Shown here: positions 9,796 to 18,074 of the stretch, piece by piece
Layout of the letters: every line of letters starts with the position of its first letter
How positions within the stretch are numbered: the stretch's first letter is position 1
Source: Myxococcota bacterium
GTDB lineage: Bacteria; Myxococcota_A; Polyangia; Polyangiales; Houyiibacteriaceae
Length of the DNA stretch: 64,000 nt
Direction: 5' to 3'
Assembly: GCA_020629955.1 (NCBI GenBank)
Contig: JAHDCI010000004.1
Coordinates: 11,868-75,867, forward strand
The notes under the pieces: generated by a model
Told to the model about the DNA's origin: nothing
The model's input: the letters and a program-made list of their open reading frames with translations, nothing else
Database searches by the model: none
Position numbers and translations under genes: made by a program

Positions 9796-10230
9796 CTACT
9801 TTTTCGCGCGGATGCAGTCAGGACAATCGCCTCTTAACTGAATCGTTGCACCTCGAACCGATGCTGCCCATCGACCTCGGATCGAGATCGACGAGGCCAT
9901 GTCCGCTGGCAAACACGCGACCTGGCCGCATGCATCGCAGACAAAGTGCGGGTGATTGTGGTCCGTGCTGGAGTTGAGTTTGAGCGCGTATCGGTCGATC
10001 CCGTCGGCACGACTGACGACCGCAGCGATGCCGGAGTCGCGAAGCTTCACGAGGTTTCGATAGACGGTCGCCGGGTCCCAATCGCAATCGCCGAGGCTTG
10101 CGACGACATCGGTATGAGAAAGGGGCGCTTTTGATTCGCCGAGTACGCGAAGCACCGCGAGCCGAGGCGCGGTGACCCGGAGCCCCTTTTCTTTGAGTAG
10201 CGCCCGCGCCTCTGGTTTGGAAATGCCCAT
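9796..10230 (-). CDS. Fur family transcriptional regulator
   Basis: GLRVTAPRLAVLRVL...HTDV winged helix, then HNHPHFVCDACG...CPDC metal sites typical of Fur/Zur/PerR. Confidence 0.85.
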   Translation of the reverse strand: MGISKPEARALLKEKGLRVTAPRLAVLRVLGESKAPLSHTDVVASLGDCDWDPATVYRNLVKLRDSGIAAVVSRADGIDRYALKLNSSTDHNHPHFVCDACGQVACLPADMASSISIRGRWAASVRGATIQLRGDCPDCIRAKK

Positions 10231-10416
10231 CGCTTCCCAGCGACCTTAGCAGCCCGTTGATCGATTCCGAATCCCGCTTTGCAGTATTTTGTGGCCTCGA
10301 ATCCGACCCACCTGCGATCTGCAACACCCGCGATCGGAAAGGACGATATCAACGGGCTGCTTGGTTTTGCGTCGCACCTCGCGATGTTTTGCGCGAAGGA
10401 CCCCTCATGTGATGGG

Positions 10417-10660
10417 CTAACGCAACTTCGCGTGTCGCTCTTTCAGCATTCGATAGTCGGATGCGCATTGGGCGCAGGCGAGGACCTCGCGAGCAATCTC
10501 AAACCCTGCGCCTCCCGGATCGTCGAAGTGCTTGGTCTTTTGGGTACGCCGCGTCACGAAACTCGATCGCGACCCGGTGTGCACGGGTTCGGGCAGGTTG
10601 AACATGAGACCCTCGATCTTTGAACTCCGGGACGTGTTCACAAAGTTCGCATTTGTACAT
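10417..10660 (-). pseudogene. Small CxxC...CxxC zinc-ribbon-like gene split between two frames (frameshift, sequencing error or recoding)
   Basis: An AAGGAG SD lies 6 nt before the ATG at 10660 (MYKCELCEHVPEFKD...). That frame turns Arg/Ala-rich and stops at 10499. The +1 frame carries protein-like sequence with the second CxxC (LACAQC) and ends at 10417. Confidence 0.35.
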
Positions 10661-10900
10661 TCTTGGCTCCTTTTGAGAGTGCATGTGTTTTCCGCGTTCA
10701 CGCGATAAGCGGTCTATCTGGCAAGTTGAATGCAAGTGCAAGTAATTTGCGTATGCACCGCGCTCATTCGGGTCCGTCGCGGAGGCAGCCGCGTTCCGGC
10801 GGCGACCTTGCGATCCAGGTCGCCTTCGGCGAGCGCGCGCGTTTGCCTCGCGTCCGGCCCCTCGTTCGCTTTTGAGCCAGGTCGCTTCAAAGCGGAGCTG

Positions 10901-11181
10901 GAGAAAATCGTATTCACACGCAACTCACGCGATGAATGGACGAATACCTGGGTACGCGGAGGATCCGCCGCGTAGGTTTCGGACCGGATTTTCCGAGCCT
11001 CGGTACTGGCAGCGCGAAGCGAGGAATGCCTCGAATCACGCCGCGGCGCCGAGCTATGTCCGAAGGCGATGGCGGGCGGTCTTTGAAAGAAGACCGAAGG
11101 TTGGTGGTATAGATGCCAGAAATCCGCGCGGAAAATCTGGGTAAGGACAAAAATGTCGTCTATTTCATACGAAAGAAGTAA
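10901..11181 (+). repeat. Copy A of an unclassified conserved structured intergenic element (candidate ncRNA) with a 22-codon mini-ORF at its 3' end
   Basis: Aligned by eye with copies B and C. It shares the ACGCAACT box, the GGATCC...GTAGGTTTCGGACC block, the GACGCCGAGCT.GTCCGAAGGCGATGGCGGGCGGTCTTTGAAAG.AGACC block, and identical spacings. Confidence 0.85.
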
Positions 11182-11408
11182 GAACTGTCTCTTTGGACGA
11201 ATGGATGTTCCATAAGCGATAAATCCGATTCGCTGCTCGATCTTCGGACCCGCTCGCTACGGCCTGTCTCTTTCGTAGGGGAAGTCAGAGCGTCGATGAT
11301 TGGATTCGCAGCGCTCTTCGACGCGACGCGGAAGAGCGGTGCTCTTGCGACGACTCGGATCGCTCTGTGACGGCCGCGCGAACGCGGCCCTGATTCGAGG
11401 GGCAGGCC

Positions 11409-14045
11409 CTAAATCGGATTGACCAGGACCTCGCGGCGGCCGCCGGCCTTCTTGCTCGCCGGTCCCACGATACCGTCCGCTTCGAGTCTGTCGACGAGCT
11501 TCGCCGCCTTATTGTAGCCCACGGAGAGCTGGCGCTGCAGGTGGCTGATCGAGCAGTAGCCTGCGTTCGCCACGACCGCGATCGCTTTGTCGTAGAGCGG
11601 ATCATCGCTCGAGCCTCCGGGCAACCCATCTTCGCCCTTGGGCTCCAGAATGCTCTCGTCGTACTCCGGCGTTGCCTGCTCCCGCAGGCTATCGCAGATC
11701 GCGCCGACTTCTTCTTCTGAGATAAACGCACAGTGCACGCGCTTGAGGTCGCTGGAACCAGGCGGGATCATCAGCATATCGCCACGCCCAAGAAGATTCT
11801 GTGCGCCGACTCGTCCGAGAATCGTCTTCGAGTCCTCGCGCTGGCTCACTTTGAAGGCCATGCGGCAAGGGAAGTTCGCCTTGATCATCCCGGTGATGAC
11901 GTCGACGCTCGGTCGCTGCGTGGCGAGGATAACGTGAATGCCAGCTGCGCGGGCTTTCTGGGCAAGGCGGGCAATGCACGCCTCGACTTCTTTCGCGGCG
12001 ACCATCATGAGGTCCGCGAACTCGTCGACCACGACCACGATATAGGGCAGCCGCTCTGGATCTTCTTCGAGCTTCTCCGGGTTCTCCTTCTGAATGCGCG
12101 CGCGCGCCTTCCGAGAGAGAAGTTTGCTGGCTTCGAGATCGCCATTTGCCACGCGATCGACGCGCGCGTTGTACGTACCGATATTGCGAGCGCCCGCGTC
12201 GGCGAAGAGCTGGTAGCGGCGCTCCATCTCATCGACCGCCCACTTCAGTGCAACGGCAGCCTTCTTCATATCGGTGACGACCGGCAGCAGCATATGCGGG
12301 ATATCGTCGAAGACCGCGAGCTCGACGACTTTCGGGTCGATCATCAGCATGCGTACTTCTTCGGGGCTCTTCTTGTAGAGCAGCGAAGCCAGCATCACGT
12401 TTAGACCCACCGACTTACCGGCACCCGTCGCACCCGCAACAAGGAGGTGAGGCATCTTCGCAAGGTCCGCGTAAACCGGCTTGCCAGCGATGTCTTTCCC
12501 GAGCGCAATGGGAAGTGCGCCCTTGGTCTTTTGCCAACGCTCATCCTCGAGAATTTCTCGGATGTATACGGTCTGCCGATCGTCATTCGGCAGCTCGATC
12601 CCGATCCGCGCCTTCCCCGGGATCGGTGCGACGATTCGCACCTTCTGCGCGGCGAGCGCCAGCGCGAGGTCGTTCTCAAGACCTGTCACCTTCGAGATCT
12701 TGATGCCGCTCTTTGGCTCAAACTCGTACATCGTCACGACGGGACCAGGGTGGATCTCGTCGACGCGACCCTTCACCCCATAGGACTCGAGCTTCTCCAC
12801 CAATCGCTTTGCGTTCTCGCGGAGCAACTGCGGGTCGATACGAACCCTCCCACCCGTATTCGATTCGAGAAGGTCGAGGCTCGGCGGCACGACCTTCGAG
12901 ATCGCCGTGCTGCTGCTCTTTTTCGGCAGCGGTGGTGGCTCGGACGCCGGGCGAATCAGGTCTTCCTTCGGCGGTACGATGACGGGACCTTCGTCCTCGT
13001 CTTCTGGTTCCGCTTTCGCTTTTACCTTTTTCGGCGTGCGCTTCTTCGGCGTCGAAACCACCGGCTCTTCGAGCTTGATGGAAACGGGCGCGTCTTCGTC
13101 CTCGTCATTCGACGCGTCATCCAGCAAGATAGCGTCCTCGGGGTCGACAGCGGGCTCGACATTCGCCTTCTTGGACCGCCTCTTCTTGGCGGGTTTCTGA
13201 GCGTTGTTCGGTGCGACGACGCTCGCTTCGTTCAGATCCGAATCGAGCGTATCCGGCTCATCGCTCTCCGGGTTTGCGTCGAGCAGCGCATCGACTTCGT
13301 CCACCTCAAGTTCGCGGTCCAGCGTGTCGACGATCTTCGGTGCGCTGCGCTCTTCTTCTTCCGCACGTTCGCGTGCTTCCACTTCGCGTGCCTCACGCCA
13401 GGCTTCCGCGATCGCACCAGCGCTCTCTTTCGCACGAGCCGCCCCTGCCTTGGTCGACGTCATCGCGCGCCGCATGGACGAGATCACGCTGACGGGCGTG
13501 CGCAACACGAGCGTTACCAAGAGGGTCGTGACGCCGACGACAAAGGCGCCGACCGTTCCAAAGAGAGCGCGCAAGACTTCGCCGATGATCTCGCCGAGCC
13601 TGCCTCCGGCAAGATTGTCTGGCCCGATGCCGAGCTCGCCCGAGAGCGCGAGATGCGTCAGCGCGCAGCCGATCAAGAGCACGACAAATGCCGAAGCCAA
13701 TGTCGCCGGTCCGAGGATCGCGCGCCGGCCGGTAAAGATGCGAAGCGTGACAAGACCAAGCTCCATCCCGATGACCCAGGCGGCCCATCCGAATGCACTC
13801 ACGAGCAGGGTGGCGAGACCGTCTCCGACGGCGCCGACCATGTTTTGCGATCGGTGTGGATCGTAGGATGACAACGAAAGGACAACCAGGATCGTCAGCG
13901 CAAGTGCGACGAGACCCGAGACCTCCCTCCATCGTTCCCCTGACCCAACCGGGGCTTCAATGTTTCCGTGTGCGGACGTTTGCTGCGATGCTCCCAAGGT
14001 CGTTCTTTCCCATCGCCACGCTACAAATTGAGCCTGTTTGGTCAA
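11409..14045 (-). CDS. ftsK: DNA translocase FtsK
   Basis: N-terminal TM helices and an acidic/Pro-rich linker. The motor domain has Walker A (VAGATGAGKS) and Walker B (IVVVVDEFADLM). The C-terminal gamma winged helix reads SISHLQRQLSVGYNKAAKLVDRLE. The TTG start is uncertain. Confidence 0.9.
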   Translation of the reverse strand: MTKQAQFVAWRWERTTLGASQQTSAHGNIEAPVGSGERWREVSGLVALALTILVVLSLSSYDPHRSQNMVGAVGDGLATLLVSAFGWAAWVIGMELGLVTLRIFTGRRAILGPATLASAFVVLLIGCALTHLALSGELGIGPDNLAGGRLGEIIGEVLRALFGTVGAFVVGVTTLLVTLVLRTPVSVISSMRRAMTSTKAGAARAKESAGAIAEAWREAREVEARERAEEEERSAPKIVDTLDRELEVDEVDALLDANPESDEPDTLDSDLNEASVVAPNNAQKPAKKRRSKKANVEPAVDPEDAILLDDASNDEDEDAPVSIKLEEPVVSTPKKRTPKKVKAKAEPEDEDEGPVIVPPKEDLIRPASEPPPLPKKSSSTAISKVVPPSLDLLESNTGGRVRIDPQLLRENAKRLVEKLESYGVKGRVDEIHPGPVVTMYEFEPKSGIKISKVTGLENDLALALAAQKVRIVAPIPGKARIGIELPNDDRQTVYIREILEDERWQKTKGALPIALGKDIAGKPVYADLAKMPHLLVAGATGAGKSVGLNVMLASLLYKKSPEEVRMLMIDPKVVELAVFDDIPHMLLPVVTDMKKAAVALKWAVDEMERRYQLFADAGARNIGTYNARVDRVANGDLEASKLLSRKARARIQKENPEKLEEDPERLPYIVVVVDEFADLMMVAAKEVEACIARLAQKARAAGIHVILATQRPSVDVITGMIKANFPCRMAFKVSQREDSKTILGRVGAQNLLGRGDMLMIPPGSSDLKRVHCAFISEEEVGAICDSLREQATPEYDESILEPKGEDGLPGGSSDDPLYDKAIAVVANAGYCSISHLQRQLSVGYNKAAKLVDRLEADGIVGPASKKAGGRREVLVNPI

Positions 14046-14121
14046 GAAATCGACAAGAATGGAGAATGCGAAAACGCGTAAAAAGACGCCAATTATGGCG
14101 TGATTCGGTACATTTTCTCAA

Positions 14122-14859
14122 ATGAACGAGCTTTCGGTTCCGTTACCGGCGTGGATCGAGACCTTCGATACGCTCGACCGGATAGGAATCCTTCGTCTCG
14201 AAACCGGTCAAGCCCTCCGTTTCGGAGAGAGCGCGTGTGTTGGTTTCACGCCCACAGTTGGCGGCCGCGTCTACGTGACAGTCACCGCAGAGCATGGGCC
14301 TGGTGGTACGAAGGCGGTGAAGGTTCATCGCTCCCCGGTCTCGGAATCGCGCCGCCGGCAAATCAAAAGCGCCCGGAAACGCTGGGAGCGGCGAGAGCAG
14401 ATTCGTCGTGACCGTGCGAGACATCTTCGAGTCCGCCTGGGGACGACGCCCGCGAGTATCGTTCGCAGGGTCCAAGAGGCTGCGCGTGTGCGCGCGAACC
14501 ACGTTGCGGATCCCGAGGCGTTGTACGAACTCATCGACGAGATCGAGCTTGTGGGCGGCGGGCGGATTCATGCAAGGGCGATCCTCCGAGGCATCGCCCT
14601 CTCGCCGGAGGATGCCAACTTTGGTAACCCCGGCCCACTCGTGCACTTTCTCGAAGGCTTCGCGGATTATCCCGAGATGCTCTGCGAGATCGCACGAAAC
14701 GTCCCTACGCTTTCCTTCGCGCGAATGCTCTCGCGATGCGCGGATAAAAGCCCTTCAGGCCGCGAAGCGTTGAGGCTGCTGCGGGCCTACCGGCTTTCCG
14801 CTCCCGCTTCGCTTCGGGAAGAAGCAGAGTGGCTTCTTGAGAATATGGGCCAGGCGTGA
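14122..14859 (+). CDS. Hypothetical protein
   Basis: 245-aa ORF with an ATG start and protein-like composition, divergent from ftsK. Confidence 0.55.
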   Translation: MNELSVPLPAWIETFDTLDRIGILRLETGQALRFGESACVGFTPTVGGRVYVTVTAEHGPGGTKAVKVHRSPVSESRRRQIKSARKRWERREQIRRDRARHLRVRLGTTPASIVRRVQEAARVRANHVADPEALYELIDEIELVGGGRIHARAILRGIALSPEDANFGNPGPLVHFLEGFADYPEMLCEIARNVPTLSFARMLSRCADKSPSGREALRLLRAYRLSAPASLREEAEWLLENMGQA

Positions 14860-14985
14860 CAACCGGTCTTTCGATCCGACGTCCGGCCGGGTCGCCTTGT
14901 TCGGCAATTGACGAGCCTATGCCCTCCCGATTAACGTGGCGGAACGTCTCTTCGCCGCGTTCGGTGATCAGGCGCTGGAGGATTC

Positions 14986-15951
14986 ATGTCTCAGTTCGCT
15001 TCTCTTTCGAACAAAGCTCGTCTTATCGCGCTGCTCGCGCTTGCCCTCTCTTTCTCGGCGGTTCCGAATGGCGCGTTTGCGCAAGGGTCGGAACCGACCG
15101 CGGCGCAGCGGAATGCAGCGCGTTCAGCGTACGCTGAAGGTCAGTCGGCGTTCGACGCTGGCAACTTCGCGGATGCAGAGGCCGCGTTCGAGGAGGCTTA
15201 TCGGCACATCCCGAATCCGGTCGTCCTCCTCGGCATCGCGGAATCGCGGGAAGCGGCCGGCGATATTCCGGGCGCGGTCGAAGCGTTCGAACGTTACCTC
15301 GCCGACCGGCCGGATGCGGACAATGCGGAGGAGATTCGTACGCGAATCACGGCGCATCGTGAGCGTCCGGCCACGCTCGTGATCGACAGCTCGCCGAGCG
15401 GCGCTGCGGTCGAGCTCAACGGCAACGATACCGGGTTGGTGACGCCCGCGACGCTCGAGGTCCCGGCAGGCACCCACAGTGTTGTCCTCCGGCTCGAGGG
15501 ACACGAAGATGAGACCTCGGAGGTGGAACTCACCTTCGCTTCGCGTCGTGAGCTGAACGTCGACCTCATCACGGTTGAGGACGAGGCCGATGCGCTCTTC
15601 GCGGAAGAGGAAGAAGAAGACGAAGAGGCGTCGATCAGCCCGGTCGTTTGGGTGCTCTCTGGCGTTGCGGCCGCTTCGCTCATTACGGGTACGGCGCTCG
15701 GCTTTATGGCGTTGAGCCGTGAAAACGAGTTCCAGGATACGCCGACGACGGAGATCGCCGATCAGGGCGAACGTTTCGCGCTCTTTGCGGACCTGATGTT
15801 TGGTGTTGCGGCGGTCTCTGCGGTCTCCGCGCTTGTCATCGCCCTCACCACGGGTGGAGATGACGAGGACGAGAGCGACACGGCGCGCCTTCGTTTGACG
15901 CCTGTCCTTGGACCGACGGGTGGCGGCCTCAACGCCCGCCTTAACTTCTGA
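14986..15951 (+). CDS. TPR plus PEGA domain protein with C-terminal TM segments
   Basis: GGAG SD and a signal peptide. TPR-like AYAEGQSAFDAGNFADAEAAFEEAY. PEGA motif LVIDSSPSGAAVELNGNDTGLVTPATLEVPAGTHSVVL. Confidence 0.75.
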   Translation: MSQFASLSNKARLIALLALALSFSAVPNGAFAQGSEPTAAQRNAARSAYAEGQSAFDAGNFADAEAAFEEAYRHIPNPVVLLGIAESREAAGDIPGAVEAFERYLADRPDADNAEEIRTRITAHRERPATLVIDSSPSGAAVELNGNDTGLVTPATLEVPAGTHSVVLRLEGHEDETSEVELTFASRRELNVDLITVEDEADALFAEEEEEDEEASISPVVWVLSGVAAASLITGTALGFMALSRENEFQDTPTTEIADQGERFALFADLMFGVAAVSAVSALVIALTTGGDDEDESDTARLRLTPVLGPTGGGLNARLNF

Positions 15952-15961
15952 AGAACGACCC

Positions 15962-17200
15962 ATGAAAAGAATCGCTCTTGTTGCTCTTCTGGCGCTCTCC
16001 GGGTGTCAGGCTCTGGTGAGTTTCGATCGTGACCAGATCGTCGATGGCGGTCAGGATGCGTCGATGGATGCCGCCGTGGATGTATCCACCGATGTCTCGG
16101 AAGATGCGATGCCGGACGCGTCGATGGATGCGGAGGTGGACGCGGAGATGGATGCGTCGATGGACGCCGATTTGGACGCGATGCCGGATGCCGAAATGGA
16201 CGCGTCGATGGACGCAATGCCCGACGCAGAGATGGATGCGTCCATGGATGCCGAGATGGATACGATGCCGGACGCGCCGGAATGCTCCATGCCTTCCGAG
16301 TGCGACGATGGCGTCGCGTGCACCACGAATGAGTGCACGGAGAATGCGTGTGTCTACACGCCTGACGATGCCGCTTGCGATGACACGATCGCTTGCACCG
16401 TTGACTCGTGCGACGCCGTCATGGGCTGCTCCAACGAGCCAAGTGACGCGCTCTGTGACGATGAGAATCCATGCACGGCCAACACCTGTGGAGCGACGGG
16501 ATGCGAAGCGACGGACCTCTGCTCCTTCACGACGGTTGAACTGAGCGACCTGACCTCCATCGTGAGCGTGACCGCGACGACCACCGCTAGCGGGTTCATC
16601 GCGATCGTCGACGCCGGATCCATGATTCTCGGAAACGCACCGATTGCAGTCGGCACCGCAACCGTCGAAGTCGAACTGAACCGTCCGCTGGCCAGTGGCG
16701 AAACCATCTCGGCGGTGTTGTATCTCGACGAAGGCATCGTCGGCACCTTCGAATCTGATGTTGACCCCATTGCGCTCGATTCCGGCGACGAAGGCATCAC
16801 CAGCGAAGCCACGCTCACGTTTGACGAAGCGGTGGTGCCAGACGCGCAGTGGACGCTAACAGGCGATGGCGCGAACTATACGTTTAACGCGCGTCCTTCG
16901 ACGCTCGGCCTCGCAGAGGGCGAAGACCCGACGATTCAGCTCGAGAGCGGCTGGCGATACCGAATCGTCTCTCCCGACTCACATCCCTTCGAGTTCTTCG
17001 ACGACGCCACCGGTGGTCCGATCGTACGCCTCTCGGAAACCCTTGATCCAGCGTTTGAATCGACCGTGTCGATCGCGTGGAGCGAAGGCGCGATGGGCTC
17101 AGACTTCACTGTTTCGGCCGACTTCTTCCCGGCGGTGAACGCATATCGCTGCTCCGCCCATCCGACCACGATGCAAGGCGTGGTGGAACAAGCGCCATAG
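15962..17200 (+). CDS. Lipoprotein: DAxMDA acidic repeats, Cys-rich repeat region, C-terminal cupredoxin-like domain
   Basis: The ATG at 15962 gives MKRIALVALLALSGC.
- There are about 14 DA.MDA units.
- CxxxxC...DxC repeats follow.
- The C-terminus SHPFEF...YRCSAHPTTMQGVVE resembles type-1 copper ligands. Confidence 0.7.
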   Translation: MKRIALVALLALSGCQALVSFDRDQIVDGGQDASMDAAVDVSTDVSEDAMPDASMDAEVDAEMDASMDADLDAMPDAEMDASMDAMPDAEMDASMDAEMDTMPDAPECSMPSECDDGVACTTNECTENACVYTPDDAACDDTIACTVDSCDAVMGCSNEPSDALCDDENPCTANTCGATGCEATDLCSFTTVELSDLTSIVSVTATTTASGFIAIVDAGSMILGNAPIAVGTATVEVELNRPLASGETISAVLYLDEGIVGTFESDVDPIALDSGDEGITSEATLTFDEAVVPDAQWTLTGDGANYTFNARPSTLGLAEGEDPTIQLESGWRYRIVSPDSHPFEFFDDATGGPIVRLSETLDPAFESTVSIAWSEGAMGSDFTVSADFFPAVNAYRCSAHPTTMQGVVEQAP

Positions 17201-17209
17201 CGATCTTCG

Positions 17210-17647
17210 GTGGGGGATAGCGCGCGAAAAAGCCTCAAGGTCAGCCTGCCGATGCCAATCGTTATCGCAGGCTGGATCCCAATACTCTTGGGGCTATATT
17301 TTCCGTATAAGCACTACGGGATATGCACCTTTGTGCCTGTGATCGTGCTCGGCATTGCATTCTTCGCGATGCGCATGTGGCCCCTTCGTTTTGATTCGGA
17401 GCGCGTTCGAATCGTGGGCATCCCGATCCGATGGGAACGTTTTCAGTCCGTGACAGCATGGTCGGGTGAGGTCCCGTCGCGCTTCATTCGGGGGATGAAA
17501 GAAGAGGCGACCTCCATTCGGTTTCGCTGGTCGAGATTTTTCTGGCTGACGTTTTATGCAAAGCCGGGAGACCTCTCGGCGGCGCGGGGCTTTGTCGATG
17601 CATTCTACGCGGCCTGTCCCGAAGGGAGCCGCGATGACTCTCCTTGA
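17210..17647 (+). CDS. Membrane protein, two TM helices plus PH-like (bPH/DUF304-like) domain
   Basis: 145-aa ORF. It is a paralog of the 18071..18718 N-terminal half (RVRIVGIPIRWERF... vs IRIAGLFFSWARF...; RFRWSRFFW vs VLRWTRFFT). Confidence 0.55.
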   Translation: MGDSARKSLKVSLPMPIVIAGWIPILLGLYFPYKHYGICTFVPVIVLGIAFFAMRMWPLRFDSERVRIVGIPIRWERFQSVTAWSGEVPSRFIRGMKEEATSIRFRWSRFFWLTFYAKPGDLSAARGFVDAFYAACPEGSRDDSP

Positions 17648-18074
17648 GATCGAACGGCTCCGGGTCGAGTTACAGAAAGCGTGGACCCTTGAGTGCCAGG
17701 AGGGGGACAGGTTCGATCGTGCTCAAGGCCGACGTAACCACGAGATCGCGAATGAGGCGTATGGGCGGATGCTCGAGCACCGGGCACGGCGAGAGCCACT
17801 TGAGGAGGCGCTGACCGCTCGTCTTGAGGCCCTCCGAGAAGAGCAGCCGGAGGTGTTTGACCGCTGGATCGATTTGCACCTGCGGTGTTTGCGCGAGGCA
17901 GGCGCGCGAGCTGTCCAGAAAAAGCGCGATACCCCTTCCCGCATCCATGTTGGCGTGCAAGCCCGAGTCGAAGAGTGGGAAGCGTTTCGGCGAGGCGAGA
18001 GGGGGGTGGTTCTCTATACGTGGGTGGAGTTCGATACCGAGCTCCTCGAGGCGGTCTTGCGGGCGTTCACATGA
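17634..18074 (+). CDS. Hypothetical helical protein
   Basis: The ATG at 17634 overlaps the previous stop (17645-17647), and its own stop overlaps the next ATG (ATGA at 18071). The sequence is charged and helical. Confidence 0.5.
   Translation: MTLLEIERLRVELQKAWTLECQEGDRFDRAQGRRNHEIANEAYGRMLEHRARREPLEEALTARLEALREEQPEVFDRWIDLHLRCLREAGARAVQKKRDTPSRIHVGVQARVEEWEAFRRGERGVVLYTWVEFDTELLEAVLRAFT

Noticed and set aside
10872-11144. Similar 90-aa ORFs 10872..11144 and 27023..27295 (and 39119..39352 on the other strand) that look like a small protein family (shared PPRRFRT and RRRWRAVFERRP).
   Set aside because: The similarity stops and starts exactly with the nucleotide-conserved blocks. The flanking parts of the ORFs are unrelated. 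The third copy is open in a different frame and strand. The conserved blocks are mutually complementary. This fits an RNA/DNA element, not a protein.
11191-11207. Possible degenerate fourth (partial) copy of the element: CTTTGGACGAATGGATG resembles CTTTGGACGAGGATG of copy B.
   Set aside because: Only about 15 nt match and the downstream GGATCC...GTAGGTTTCGGACC block is absent. This is too short to separate from chance without a search.
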